DNA from: Pseudomonadota bacterium
GTDB taxonomy: Bacteria > UBA10199 > 2-02-FULL-44-16 > JBDRGF01
Assembly: GCA_043818055.1 (NCBI GenBank)
Contig: JBDRGF010000076.1
Location: forward strand, 1 to 31,416
Direction: 5' to 3'
Length of the DNA stretch: 31,416 bases
Both the position numbers and the translations under genes were made by a program. The notes under the pieces are model-generated. The model searched no databases. It was not told where the DNA came from and was given only the letters and a program-made list of their open reading frames with translations. Below, piece by piece: positions 1-8,648 of the stretch. How positions within the stretch are numbered: position 1 is the stretch's first letter; every line of letters starts with the position of its first letter.

Positions 1-273
1 TTTAAAGATAAAAATGGAAATGATTTGCGCAATGTTGAAAGAAAAATCTTCAAAGAAGATGTGATATATGAGCAACTCACGAAGATGAGGGGCAAAATTG
101 AAGACTTCCTGCGTGGCTGGACTGAGGTCGATGATACGAAGGTGAAAGAAGCTATGGACACATACAACATCGGACATGGCAAAATCACACAGGGGATTAT
201 AGACGAAATGAACTCATTTTTTGATGTTTTCGACGGAGAAAATAAAGATATCTTAGAGGAGAACTTCTCATGA
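1..273 (+). CDS. 3' end of a hypothetical protein (5'-truncated by window edge)
   Basis: Frame is open from base 1 (FKDKNGNDLRNVERK...) to TGA at 271-273, which overlaps the next ATG (ATGA), suggesting translational coupling. Confidence 0.75.
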   Translation, partial: FKDKNGNDLRNVERKIFKEDVIYEQLTKMRGKIEDFLRGWTEVDDTKVKEAMDTYNIGHGKITQGIIDEMNSFFDVFDGENKDILEENFS

Positions 274-2204
274 GTATAACAAAAGTAAACAACTACACAA
301 AAGCAGTCCCCAATAGCGATGTGCCGCCGGATCCGAAGGCTCAAGGTTCAGCGCAGGATGATCGCATAAAGACGGACCAAAAGCGTATCGAAGATGTCCT
401 CGATCGCCTCTCAAAGCTTAAAAAAGATTCGAACATCTCTGAAGAGGACTATCAGGAGATCGAAAAATTAGAGTGTCTCTTAAAGGCTCAGGACGCAGCA
501 CTCGAGAGCTTCGATGCACTGCATGACAAATGGGGTCAGGCCGCTGCCGATGCAGCAAAGGATGCGGAAAAGAAACTCACAGATGACGCGGCAACACTCA
601 CAGAGGGTTTTACTCAGGCCCCGTATGAAGACAAGACTGGAGAAGATCAGAAGAAGGTCAAGGATAGCAAATACATGGGGACATTCGTGATCCCCGCAGG
701 CGGGGAGCTTGGATTCAAAGCCGGCGAGGAATCGGGCGTATATAAAGTGACGGCAAAAAACGATGGCCGCGACATCATCCTCACAGTCTATAAAAGGGAC
801 AAGGATGGCAAGGAGACGAAGGAATCATATGTGATCAAGGATGGCGCTGTGAGAACAGCCGATATCACATTAATCGTCCTCTCAAAGGTAGAGATCGATC
901 TCACAGATGCAATGAGAATCAGCAACGGTACCGACAGTCCGGCCGGAACAAGAGGCGGCTTCAGGGTCTATACAGGAAAGAATGACGATATAGTCAGAGG
1001 TTCTCAGGGAAATGACATCATAGTAACAAATGCAGGAGATGACATTGTATATGGAAACGCCGGAGATGACTTTATCGGAACAGGCAGCGGTGATGACAAG
1101 GTCTGGGGCGGCGTTGGTCACGATACCATAAACATGGGCACCATGGGAACAATGGGTGACGAGGCACACATCGATAAAGATGAACAGGCATTCAACGCTG
1201 AAAGAATCTTCTATGATACGAATGCACCAAAGACGCTTCCAGGCAAGGACAAGGTTTTCGGAAAGAATGAGGGATGGAATGTTACAGAGAACAAAGATGG
1301 ATCGGGATACACAGTTACAAAAGATCCAGCCGATAAAAGCAACAATATCGAGATGAATATGCCTGCCGGTTACAAGATGGCCTTTGCAGAATATGATGCC
1401 GACACCCGCTCCCTCATCGTCCATCTGATCGACAAAGATGGCAAGGAGATCATCGTAAAATTCGAAGGTTATTTCAAGGGATCGATGACGCCGGGAACAT
1501 TCACATTCAAGGGGAACCAGGAGGATAATATAATCGATTTTTCAAGAGTTATAAGAGAGAGCGATATGAGCTCGCCCGTCTTCAATATAAAAGGTGGCAG
1601 CGGTGATGACATCATCTACGCCCCACCACCACCTATCGATCTCTCCAGATCAGATCTGGAATCGAGTTCGGCAAAGGAGTCGGATATCAATGCAGTTGGA
1701 ATTGCAGAGGGTAAATATCCACTCAAAGACAAGGATGGAAACATTTTAGATGCACCATACGAAACTAAAGTGGGAAGTGATGGCAAGGTAAGGGTTAGTA
1801 AGGGCAAAGGTGAAGATAAAAACAAGCAGCTTTACATCAAAGTCCCAGAAGGATTCACTGGAAAGGTCTATTATTATACGGATCCGAAGACAAAAGAATT
1901 GAATATCGTCTTCGTCTGTAAGGATTCTAAAGGTGAAGTATCGACCATCGTCGTTGTGGTGGACAACTCAACAAAAATAAATGACATCAACGACATTCAC
2001 TTTGGCTTTGAAGATGGACTGAATCTAGACTACAAAGAAGAGGCAATAGCTGCTATCGCAATTCATGACCCGGAGACCCTCTTCAATTCTAAGAATGTCT
2101 ATGATGGCGAAGACGGATCAGACACCTTCATTGGCAACAAAAACTTCTACAAAGGTGACGCCAAGGATACTGTGATAGATATCGATTACGGGAAGAAAAA
2201 GTAA
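270..2204 (+). CDS. RTX/hemolysin-type calcium-binding repeat protein, probable type I secretion substrate
   Basis: 644 aa with no N-terminal signal peptide. Tandem nonapeptides GSQGNDIIV-TNAGDDIVY-GNAGDDFIG-TGSGDDKVW-GGVGHDTIN, plus GGSGDDIIY and a C-terminal GEDGSDTFI. D/K/G-rich. Confidence 0.8.
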   Translation: MSITKVNNYTKAVPNSDVPPDPKAQGSAQDDRIKTDQKRIEDVLDRLSKLKKDSNISEEDYQEIEKLECLLKAQDAALESFDALHDKWGQAAADAAKDAEKKLTDDAATLTEGFTQAPYEDKTGEDQKKVKDSKYMGTFVIPAGGELGFKAGEESGVYKVTAKNDGRDIILTVYKRDKDGKETKESYVIKDGAVRTADITLIVLSKVEIDLTDAMRISNGTDSPAGTRGGFRVYTGKNDDIVRGSQGNDIIVTNAGDDIVYGNAGDDFIGTGSGDDKVWGGVGHDTINMGTMGTMGDEAHIDKDEQAFNAERIFYDTNAPKTLPGKDKVFGKNEGWNVTENKDGSGYTVTKDPADKSNNIEMNMPAGYKMAFAEYDADTRSLIVHLIDKDGKEIIVKFEGYFKGSMTPGTFTFKGNQEDNIIDFSRVIRESDMSSPVFNIKGGSGDDIIYAPPPPIDLSRSDLESSSAKESDINAVGIAEGKYPLKDKDGNILDAPYETKVGSDGKVRVSKGKGEDKNKQLYIKVPEGFTGKVYYYTDPKTKELNIVFVCKDSKGEVSTIVVVVDNSTKINDINDIHFGFEDGLNLDYKEEAIAAIAIHDPETLFNSKNVYDGEDGSDTFIGNKNFYKGDAKDTVIDIDYGKKK

Positions 2205-2210
2205 GAAGCA

Positions 2211-2239
2211 GTATGTGGCATGTAGCATGTGGTATGTAG
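2211..2239. repeat. Single arm of 7-bp tandem repeat (G[CT]ATGT[AG] x4)
   Basis: gtatgtg gcatgta gcatgtg gtatgta g; same unit as the arms of the palindrome at 26871-26959. Confidence 0.8.
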
Positions 2240-2330
2240 ACAAAGTCTCGCTTAATCTGCATCAACATCAAACAAATCTTTCAGTTCAATCAGGCCTATT
2301 TCATTTTCATTGGCGAAGACTTTGGCACTC

Positions 2331-3650
2331 TTATGTTAACCGGTAAGAAACAGCAGCACCGCTGCCTTCCCGCAATACCAAGCCGGCTTTTATCAGATTA
2401 TTCAAACGTTTGATAACCGCCTGCCGGGTTAGTTTAACGTAGGCAGCCAGCTCAGAAGTTCTAAAAAAACCTTGTCCAAGCTTTTCCAAAAGCAACACAT
2501 CAACATTGTCCGGCAAATATGTAGATGATTTTTGAAAAATGACGGTTGTAGAAGTCGGATGCAAATCAAATTTTATGGAAACATTTGACTTTTCATTGCA
2601 AATAGAAAGCATCTTTTCTATCCCCCCGCCATATTTCTCAACTAATCCGACATCATAAAAATACTGTGCCAACAAAGGGTTTCTTGGCCTGTGTTCGGGC
2701 GCTTCCGGCGTCACACCCGGAGGAAATGAACCGGGATTTTTGATAAGAATTCTATCTGGCATGATGAATATCTTTATCTCCCCTGCGTCAAAATAGTTGC
2801 GATGTACAATCGCATTTAAAATTGCCTCCCGAAGCGCATCCAAAGGATATTCAAATTTTTCCACCCTCTTAAAACCAACTGTACCTCCTCCCGGCCTCTT
2901 AAGATTATGTCGCAAATACTCTTCAAGCTCTTCAACTATATTCCAAACTGAGCCTTCAAATATGCGCTGATCTGAATATTGTTGCATACCTGAATCCACA
3001 AAACGCACCAGATGAACCCTCGCAACATTTATCCAATCCTGAGGAGACTTTCCAAAAAACAAAAGTCCTCCGTTTGTTACGCCTGTTTTTTTTTCATATT
3101 TCCTTAAAATTCTAAGTTTTATTGATAAGCCTTCGTCGATTTTTTTTGGTTTTTTTACTCCCCTGACAGATTCGCGGCGATCGAGATAAGACTGCACAAG
3201 GCCTTTGTCGATGGAATCTGTTTTAGCATCGGATAGAAGTTCATCAAAAAAGAGGCTCAATCCTTCTCCTGCCTTCTCAATAACTTCATGAATAGAAAGT
3301 GGACGATTGTTTTTTCCCACGCGGATATAGACGATATGTTTATATGAAAAAAGATGATTTCCTTTCTTCACTTCAACAATTGCCAGTAGCTTATTTTCGA
3401 CGCGAAATTTTGACACCTTGACATCAGGCGCAGGCACTACAGCGGAAAAGGCATCTGATATCTCCTGAATTTTCTTTTTCCCGGACAACCCCAAAATTTC
3501 TCCATTGTCGCTGACCCCCACAAGAATCATCCCTCCCTGAGTATTGGCAAACGAAGCAACAACCTTGCCCAAATCAGTAACATCTGCTTTAAATTCAAGC
3601 ACTTCGCTTTCCCCAATTCCAACAAGCTGAATCAATCTCTGAATATCCAT
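2331..3650 (-). CDS. AlbA_2 (Schlafen-like) domain + HATPase_c_4/RecG-C-like domain + C-terminal wHTH protein
   Basis: N-terminal GESEVLEFK...VASFANTQGGMILVGVSDNG; central YPLDALREAILNAIVHRNY...NPG...RNPLLA...VEKYGGGI; C-terminal HTH (TSELAAYVKLTRQAVIKRLNNLIKAGLVLREG). AGGAGG RBS upstream. Confidence 0.85.
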   Translation of the reverse strand: MDIQRLIQLVGIGESEVLEFKADVTDLGKVVASFANTQGGMILVGVSDNGEILGLSGKKKIQEISDAFSAVVPAPDVKVSKFRVENKLLAIVEVKKGNHLFSYKHIVYIRVGKNNRPLSIHEVIEKAGEGLSLFFDELLSDAKTDSIDKGLVQSYLDRRESVRGVKKPKKIDEGLSIKLRILRKYEKKTGVTNGGLLFFGKSPQDWINVARVHLVRFVDSGMQQYSDQRIFEGSVWNIVEELEEYLRHNLKRPGGGTVGFKRVEKFEYPLDALREAILNAIVHRNYFDAGEIKIFIMPDRILIKNPGSFPPGVTPEAPEHRPRNPLLAQYFYDVGLVEKYGGGIEKMLSICNEKSNVSIKFDLHPTSTTVIFQKSSTYLPDNVDVLLLEKLGQGFFRTSELAAYVKLTRQAVIKRLNNLIKAGLVLREGSGAAVSYRLT

Positions 3651-3716
3651 TTACGATCCTCCTAAAAAGTGACAAGCAAATATTTACATTTATAGGTTTA
3701 AACGTCAACCACAAAA

Positions 3717-3735
3717 TGACAACTTATAGTTGTCA
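3717..3735. promoter_or_regulatory. Inverted repeat TGACAAC-N5-GTTGTCA upstream of the AlbA_2 gene, candidate operator
   Basis: Perfect 7-bp inverted repeat just upstream of a TTGACG -35-like hexamer on the minus strand (3703-3708); a related half site TGACAAG lies at 3670. Confidence 0.45.
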
Positions 3736-3756
3736 GTTTTGAGAATCAAAAAAACA

Positions 3757-3836
3757 GCATTTGGCATATAGTATATGGTAAAAGCCCATCTAAACAAGCT
3801 TTTGACCATATGCTATATACTATATGCCATATGCGC
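3757..3836. repeat. Heptamer-armed palindromic element (family H)
   Basis: gcatttg gcatata gtatatg gtaaaagc...caagcttttg accatat gctatat actatat gccatat gcgc. Lies directly after the truA stop and is followed by a T-run on the minus strand. Confidence 0.85.
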
Positions 3837-3838
3837 CT

Positions 3839-4591
3839 TTAATATTTGACTTCCACCAGATACAATCCACCAGCCGGGGCGCAGAGGAATTTGAAATTGC
3901 GGTTTTTGGCGTTTAGTATCTTTTCGACATCGCTGAGTTCAATTTTGGAAAGTCCAACTTCGACGAGGAGCCCCACAATATTTCTGACCATGTTCTTCAA
4001 AAATCCCTCTCCGCTGACTGTGACAGAGATCAACTCCTCCCCAGAGATCTCATCGTTGATCATTTTAACTGAGATATCATAGAGCCTTCGTACAGAGGTT
4101 TTAATCGAGGACTTAGCCCCTTTGAAGCTCGTGAAATCGTGCTCCCCCAGAAGCCTTTTAGCGCTGCTGCTCATCTTCTTAATATCAGGCTTTTTTCTCA
4201 TATGCCAGACGCGGTTTATGAGCAGCGGGTGCAGATAGGTCGAGCAATATATAAGATAGCGATAAGATTTTCGTTTAGCGTTGTACTGCGAATGGAATTC
4301 CTTGTGAACATCCTCTGCGCCAATGATTTTAATCTCAGCCGGCAGAAGATTATTCACCGCCAGCTTTATCCCCTCACAAGGAATCTTCGTGTCTGTAAGA
4401 AAATGGGCGACCTGTGCCAATGCGTGCACGCCGCTGTCAGTTCTCCCCGACCCCATGAGCTTCACCTTTGAACCTACGACCTTCGTGAGCGCATTTTGCA
4501 CGATCTCCTGAACGGTATTCTTCTCGCGCTGGATCTGCCAGCCCCTAAATGGAGTGCCATCGTATGCTATTGTTAGTTTGATGTTTCTCAT
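3839..4591 (-). CDS. truA: tRNA pseudouridine(38-40) synthase TruA
   Basis: MRNIKLTIAYDGTPFRGWQIQ, GSGRTDSGVHA catalytic motif, GEHDFTSF, GFLKNMVRNIVG, APAGGLYL. Start moved to ATG at 4591 (250 aa). Confidence 0.97.
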   Translation of the reverse strand: MRNIKLTIAYDGTPFRGWQIQREKNTVQEIVQNALTKVVGSKVKLMGSGRTDSGVHALAQVAHFLTDTKIPCEGIKLAVNNLLPAEIKIIGAEDVHKEFHSQYNAKRKSYRYLIYCSTYLHPLLINRVWHMRKKPDIKKMSSSAKRLLGEHDFTSFKGAKSSIKTSVRRLYDISVKMINDEISGEELISVTVSGEGFLKNMVRNIVGLLVEVGLSKIELSDVEKILNAKNRNFKFLCAPAGGLYLVEVKY

Positions 4592-4599
4592 AAAAAACC

Positions 4600-4664
4600 C
4601 GTGAAGCGTCCACCCGTGAAACGTAAAAATGCTTTTGTTGCGCTTCACGGGTGGACGCTTCACG
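4600..4664. repeat. GTGAAGC-family palindromic element, copy 1
   Basis: cgtgaagcgtccacccgtgaaacg-taaaaatgcttttgttg-cgcttcacgggtggacgcttcacg; the arms are near-perfect inverted complements. Confidence 0.9.
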
Positions 4665-4680
4665 CAATCGTTGCCCCACA

Positions 4681-5076
4681 CTACTGTGTGTAATCGACCA
4701 TCAGAGTTCCTTCGCAGAGCCCACAATCAGAAATCTGCAATATAAACTGGGATGTCGAGTTGCAGGTCGTATCTCCACCTATCACTGTCACGATGCAGTT
4801 GAAGTTGTTTCCCGACCATGTGCCGTTCGTCGTACCGGGAGGGCCATCTGCAATAGTCCAGGTAGTATCATCGGTGGCATATTCCTGTGGCGTGCACGTA
4901 CCACTTGCATATATCCCATTAGAATCGCTCGGAAGCCCGATGCCGGTACAGACTCCAACTTGTGTAAACATCCATCTTATGGTCGTTGTTCCATCAGCGT
5001 TTTTATCGCTCCCGCAGGAGAGCAGAGCAACAAAAAGAGATGTTAGAAAGATAAAACGAATAATTTTTGAGTTCAT
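4681..5076 (-). CDS. Cys-rich lipoprotein of unknown function
   Basis: Start MNSKIIRF at 5076 with GGAGGGG RBS; hydrophobic stretch and lipobox LLSC; six further Cys in the mature part; 131 aa. Confidence 0.75.
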   Translation of the reverse strand: MNSKIIRFIFLTSLFVALLSCGSDKNADGTTTIRWMFTQVGVCTGIGLPSDSNGIYASGTCTPQEYATDDTTWTIADGPPGTTNGTWSGNNFNCIVTVIGGDTTCNSTSQFILQISDCGLCEGTLMVDYTQ

Positions 5077-5168
5077 ATCCCCCCTCCGATTTAAGTTTCG
5101 GCCCACTTGATACTCAATTTTTATCAAGATATCAAGATTGACCACTCAATGACGATTTGAGCGAGCCA

Positions 5169-5897
5169 TTAAATCCCGCTATCAGTTGCGGAGAGCGTCC
5201 ATGTTATTGTCTCTGACATGTTCGGCTGTATCTGTCCCAGTCCAGTGTTAAGATCTATGGCCACGAAAAAACCACCATTTGCTTCAACGGTATCGAGGCC
5301 ACCAAAAAATATCTCCCCGTTTGCCGTCCCGTCCGCGTCATCCCCATCCAAAAGATTGGCGGCGACGATCTGACCGGTTGCAGGAGCACCATATGCTACA
5401 TCTCCCCATAGCTGCTCTACCTGAGTTGTGTCGATTTGTATGGCAACGCTGTACCCTCCACTTGCAGGGCCATTCTGCGCCATCACCATCATCGTACTAT
5501 CTGAGTTGACGCCGTTGGCGGCAATTGCGCCTGAGTCGTAAGTGGTGCAGAAGAGTCCCTTCAGGGCGATATACTCCATCTTTTTTGAAAAGCGGATAAT
5601 GGGAAGATTTAAAAGACAAACGCGTTGATCGGATCCATAATCAGGAGCTACAGGATTCGAAACCGAAACATTGCTTATCATGCACGTTGATCCTCCCATC
5701 CTTTCAGGTGGACTGATTTCTACTGTGATATCGATGGTGTTAGGGGAATATGCAACCATCGGCGACGGCGTACATTCAGGATCGAGTGGGATATCATCGG
5801 CTAAAGCCTCATTGGCTAATTCGGCCTCATGATGGTTTAAAAAAACCCCTCCCAGGAGGAGGCTGATTGCTATCGTTATGAATATTCCAAATTTCAT
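5169..5897 (-). CDS. Secreted pilin-like protein, paralog A
   Basis: Signal peptide ending ANEALA, 4 Cys, GLFCTTYDS, DGDDADGTANGEIFFGG, C-terminal ETITWTLSA. Clearly alignable to the proteins at 15093-15818 and 17192-17839. Confidence 0.7.
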   Translation of the reverse strand: MKFGIFITIAISLLLGGVFLNHHEAELANEALADDIPLDPECTPSPMVAYSPNTIDITVEISPPERMGGSTCMISNVSVSNPVAPDYGSDQRVCLLNLPIIRFSKKMEYIALKGLFCTTYDSGAIAANGVNSDSTMMVMAQNGPASGGYSVAIQIDTTQVEQLWGDVAYGAPATGQIVAANLLDGDDADGTANGEIFFGGLDTVEANGGFFVAIDLNTGLGQIQPNMSETITWTLSATDSGI

Positions 5898-6026
5898 CTT
5901 GGATATGTTATATCATCATTCTCAATCGCTGTCTATCGCTGTGAATGTCCATTCGAGACAAGTGATCGAAAGACCGTGAACCTGACAGATCCCGATTGTG
6001 GCACAGTGGGAGAGAGACCACACTCT

Positions 6027-8648
6027 TCACTCTGTTGCTCCATTGCCATTGCACTTATCTGTTATCCGGATATCCATTTGCTCAATAAAAGATTTCTCCG
6101 GCACTTTGATATCAAGATTGGTTTTATCACTTATACACATTTTCGGAGGAAGATTTTTGATGATCAGTTTGAATTGACCGGGAATTAGATCTTTGATCCA
6201 GTAATAGCCTTCACTATCAACATTTGATTCATGCTCTCCCAGCATAACAATGAGCGGCTGTAGTTTTACTTTGATATCTCCCTCAATAGATACCTTCCCC
6301 CTCAATGAACGGATAGGCTTAAACAAGAAGTTCACCACATATTCCTGATAATCTGAAATTTCGATCCTCTTCTGAATATCACTCACTGGCTCTATGTCAT
6401 CGGGAATGTCTGCAGAATCCAGCCAAAGCGAGGCCTCCCCCTTCTCAACCCCCTCGAATATCGCTCCATCCCTGACATTATGGAAAGTTCTTATACTGCC
6501 GCTTGAGTCTTTAAGATTGAGTTTCGGAAGCGAAATGGAATAATCCCCCTCATCAGATATGCCGTTATCATTCACATCCATGATGAGTTGAACTCTCAAA
6601 GTCGCCCTGGGTAATATAAATGGGAAAAAAAGATTCTCGGCATTATCACCCGTTATTGTCAGACTCTGATCCGGCACCCCACTCAACAGCTTGAGCGCGT
6701 CAGAGCTGACTGTCACATCATGATCGCCAACGCTTACTCTCGAAAATATAAACCTCCCATGGGCATCCGTAACCTCCCGGTTCTTTCCATCGATCCTGAC
6801 GTTGACACCGGTAAGGGGCACATCGCCTTCATCAAATCTTCCATTGTAATTATTATCTATAAAAACCATCCCCTCGACCTTTTGATTTTTGCTCCCTGTA
6901 AACAATCCTTTAATAAGAGAATCGCTTTCGATTCCGGGGCCAAAGTACTGCCGATAAGAGATTCTCAAACTGCCGATGAATCTGCTCACCCCTGTATATG
7001 AATATGAATTGGAAGCTGAGAGTGCGAGGCGATGCAGTGAGGTGACTTGGAAATCCAGGGAGGGCGAAAAGGACAATTGATGATTATTGCCTCTAAATCC
7101 CTGCTTTGTGTAAGTCAGGTTAAAACGCAAACTCATCCTTCGAAAATAAAAATCGGTCGATGCGTTTAACCTCGCGCCATCTGAATTATTGCTTCCTCTG
7201 CTATACCAGGCGTTTGCTCCGATATCCAGATATCTTCCTCCAGTTTCAATCCTGAGATCACTGGTCCAATCAACCCTGTTTAAGGAACCCTTAAGATCCT
7301 CTCGATTATATGTGACGTTATTCATAAGGTATGAATTCATGCCAATAGGTTGATTAAAAAAAAGTGTAGTATAGTTTGCAAGGAGAGTGCCATCGGCCGT
7401 CCTTTTTGATACCGATTGTCTTAAGCCGTAGCTGTTTTTAAATGCGGGTCTGCGCTGATATCCCAAACTAAAAGTCAGGTTGTCGGTGCTTCCGAACGCG
7501 GCGACATCGAGATTAATATCATGTAACAATGACGCAGATAAAAAACTAATCTGATCCTTCAGTTCCTGTTGAGTAGAAAACTCGTAGTGATGACGGTCGC
7601 TGGTCGTCCGCGTCCCTGAAAAATCCATCAACCCCTTCTTTACAAAATAATATTTGGCCGAAGTATAACCCTTCTCATTTTGAAAAAAAGGCAGCACCTG
7701 TGCCGCAAAACCCCCTTTGGAAACGTACCCCCCTGCGCCCAATGAGAAAAAGTCCTCGTAGAGATAATTCCCCTCGAGAGAACCTGCAAAATTGTAATCC
7801 TTACGATCTGTCGGTTGAAATGTGACAAAACCCACATTTATCAAATTGGGATAGCGCACATCAGCTCTAGGCCCCTGCACAAAATAGTTAAATCCCGCCA
7901 CCCTTCCCTCATCCTTTATCTTTGAGAGATCCGGGGGCTGATCCACACCTCCAAAAATTTCGAAGGTCGCTTTATAATCATCATCGAAAGGATGATAAAA
8001 ATCCTTAAAATAGAAATTCGTACCCAGAAACGAAACACCGGAAAGGACCACAGACTGAAACCGGTTCATAGAAAAAGATGAGTTTCCAAATGTAAATCTC
8101 ACCTTGTCATTGATATATGTTGATCTGACCGATGTCACCTTTCCATCATGCAAACCGCTATGTGTAAAGACAGTATTCCCCGTAAAGCTGGCCTTTCCAG
8201 AACTCCACTGCATTCCCATGTTATGTGTATATTGGGGATTTAAAAAAAAATAATCGTTTGAATAATTTGAAGTATTTGAAAAATCGTAGATAAAATATGG
8301 CTTTCCAAGTTTAAACCTTGGGCTATCCATCCTGAACCCTAATGTCTGGGGGGGTAACACAGCAATTTCGACGGCATCCAAAAGGCCATCTTTCCAATAG
8401 AGGAGCTGTGTTCTTCCGATCTGCAGGGCCAAAATCGTTACAGATGACGATTTTTCACTTAAAATCTTAATCACTGTATCGTCAGCAGCAAAAAAACCCG
8501 ACCCTACAACAGATATCTTTTTCTTCTGGCCGAGACCAAGCTGAACCTCATTCATCTCATCTTCTATCTTATCTTCAGCTGAATAGAGAGTGCTCGAAAT
8601 TCCGAGAAGAAATGAAAAAAAAACAATCAGGACAACAACACGGATCAC
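6027..8648 (-). CDS. Usher-like outer membrane protein: N-terminal pilus-formation (T2SS/T3SS pil_N-like) domain, beta-barrel region, C-terminal SdrD-B/carboxypeptidase-regulatory-like domains
   Basis: Signal peptide; VQLGLGQ...ADDTVIKI...VTILALQIGRTQLLYW; long aromatic amphipathic beta-strand region; VEGMVFIDNNYNGRFDEGDVPLTGVNV...TDAHGRFIF; MDVNDNGISDEGD; DSEGYYWIKDLIPGQF. Start overlaps the stop of the chaperone-like gene. Confidence 0.6.
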   Translation of the reverse strand: MIRVVVLIVFFSFLLGISSTLYSAEDKIEDEMNEVQLGLGQKKKISVVGSGFFAADDTVIKILSEKSSSVTILALQIGRTQLLYWKDGLLDAVEIAVLPPQTLGFRMDSPRFKLGKPYFIYDFSNTSNYSNDYFFLNPQYTHNMGMQWSSGKASFTGNTVFTHSGLHDGKVTSVRSTYINDKVRFTFGNSSFSMNRFQSVVLSGVSFLGTNFYFKDFYHPFDDDYKATFEIFGGVDQPPDLSKIKDEGRVAGFNYFVQGPRADVRYPNLINVGFVTFQPTDRKDYNFAGSLEGNYLYEDFFSLGAGGYVSKGGFAAQVLPFFQNEKGYTSAKYYFVKKGLMDFSGTRTTSDRHHYEFSTQQELKDQISFLSASLLHDINLDVAAFGSTDNLTFSLGYQRRPAFKNSYGLRQSVSKRTADGTLLANYTTLFFNQPIGMNSYLMNNVTYNREDLKGSLNRVDWTSDLRIETGGRYLDIGANAWYSRGSNNSDGARLNASTDFYFRRMSLRFNLTYTKQGFRGNNHQLSFSPSLDFQVTSLHRLALSASNSYSYTGVSRFIGSLRISYRQYFGPGIESDSLIKGLFTGSKNQKVEGMVFIDNNYNGRFDEGDVPLTGVNVRIDGKNREVTDAHGRFIFSRVSVGDHDVTVSSDALKLLSGVPDQSLTITGDNAENLFFPFILPRATLRVQLIMDVNDNGISDEGDYSISLPKLNLKDSSGSIRTFHNVRDGAIFEGVEKGEASLWLDSADIPDDIEPVSDIQKRIEISDYQEYVVNFLFKPIRSLRGKVSIEGDIKVKLQPLIVMLGEHESNVDSEGYYWIKDLIPGQFKLIIKNLPPKMCISDKTNLDIKVPEKSFIEQMDIRITDKCNGNGATE

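Noticed and set aside
4592..4726. 45-aa N-terminal extension of TruA in the ORF track
   Set aside because: It runs through the palindromic element and into the lipoprotein gene; TruA similarity begins at MRNIKL.
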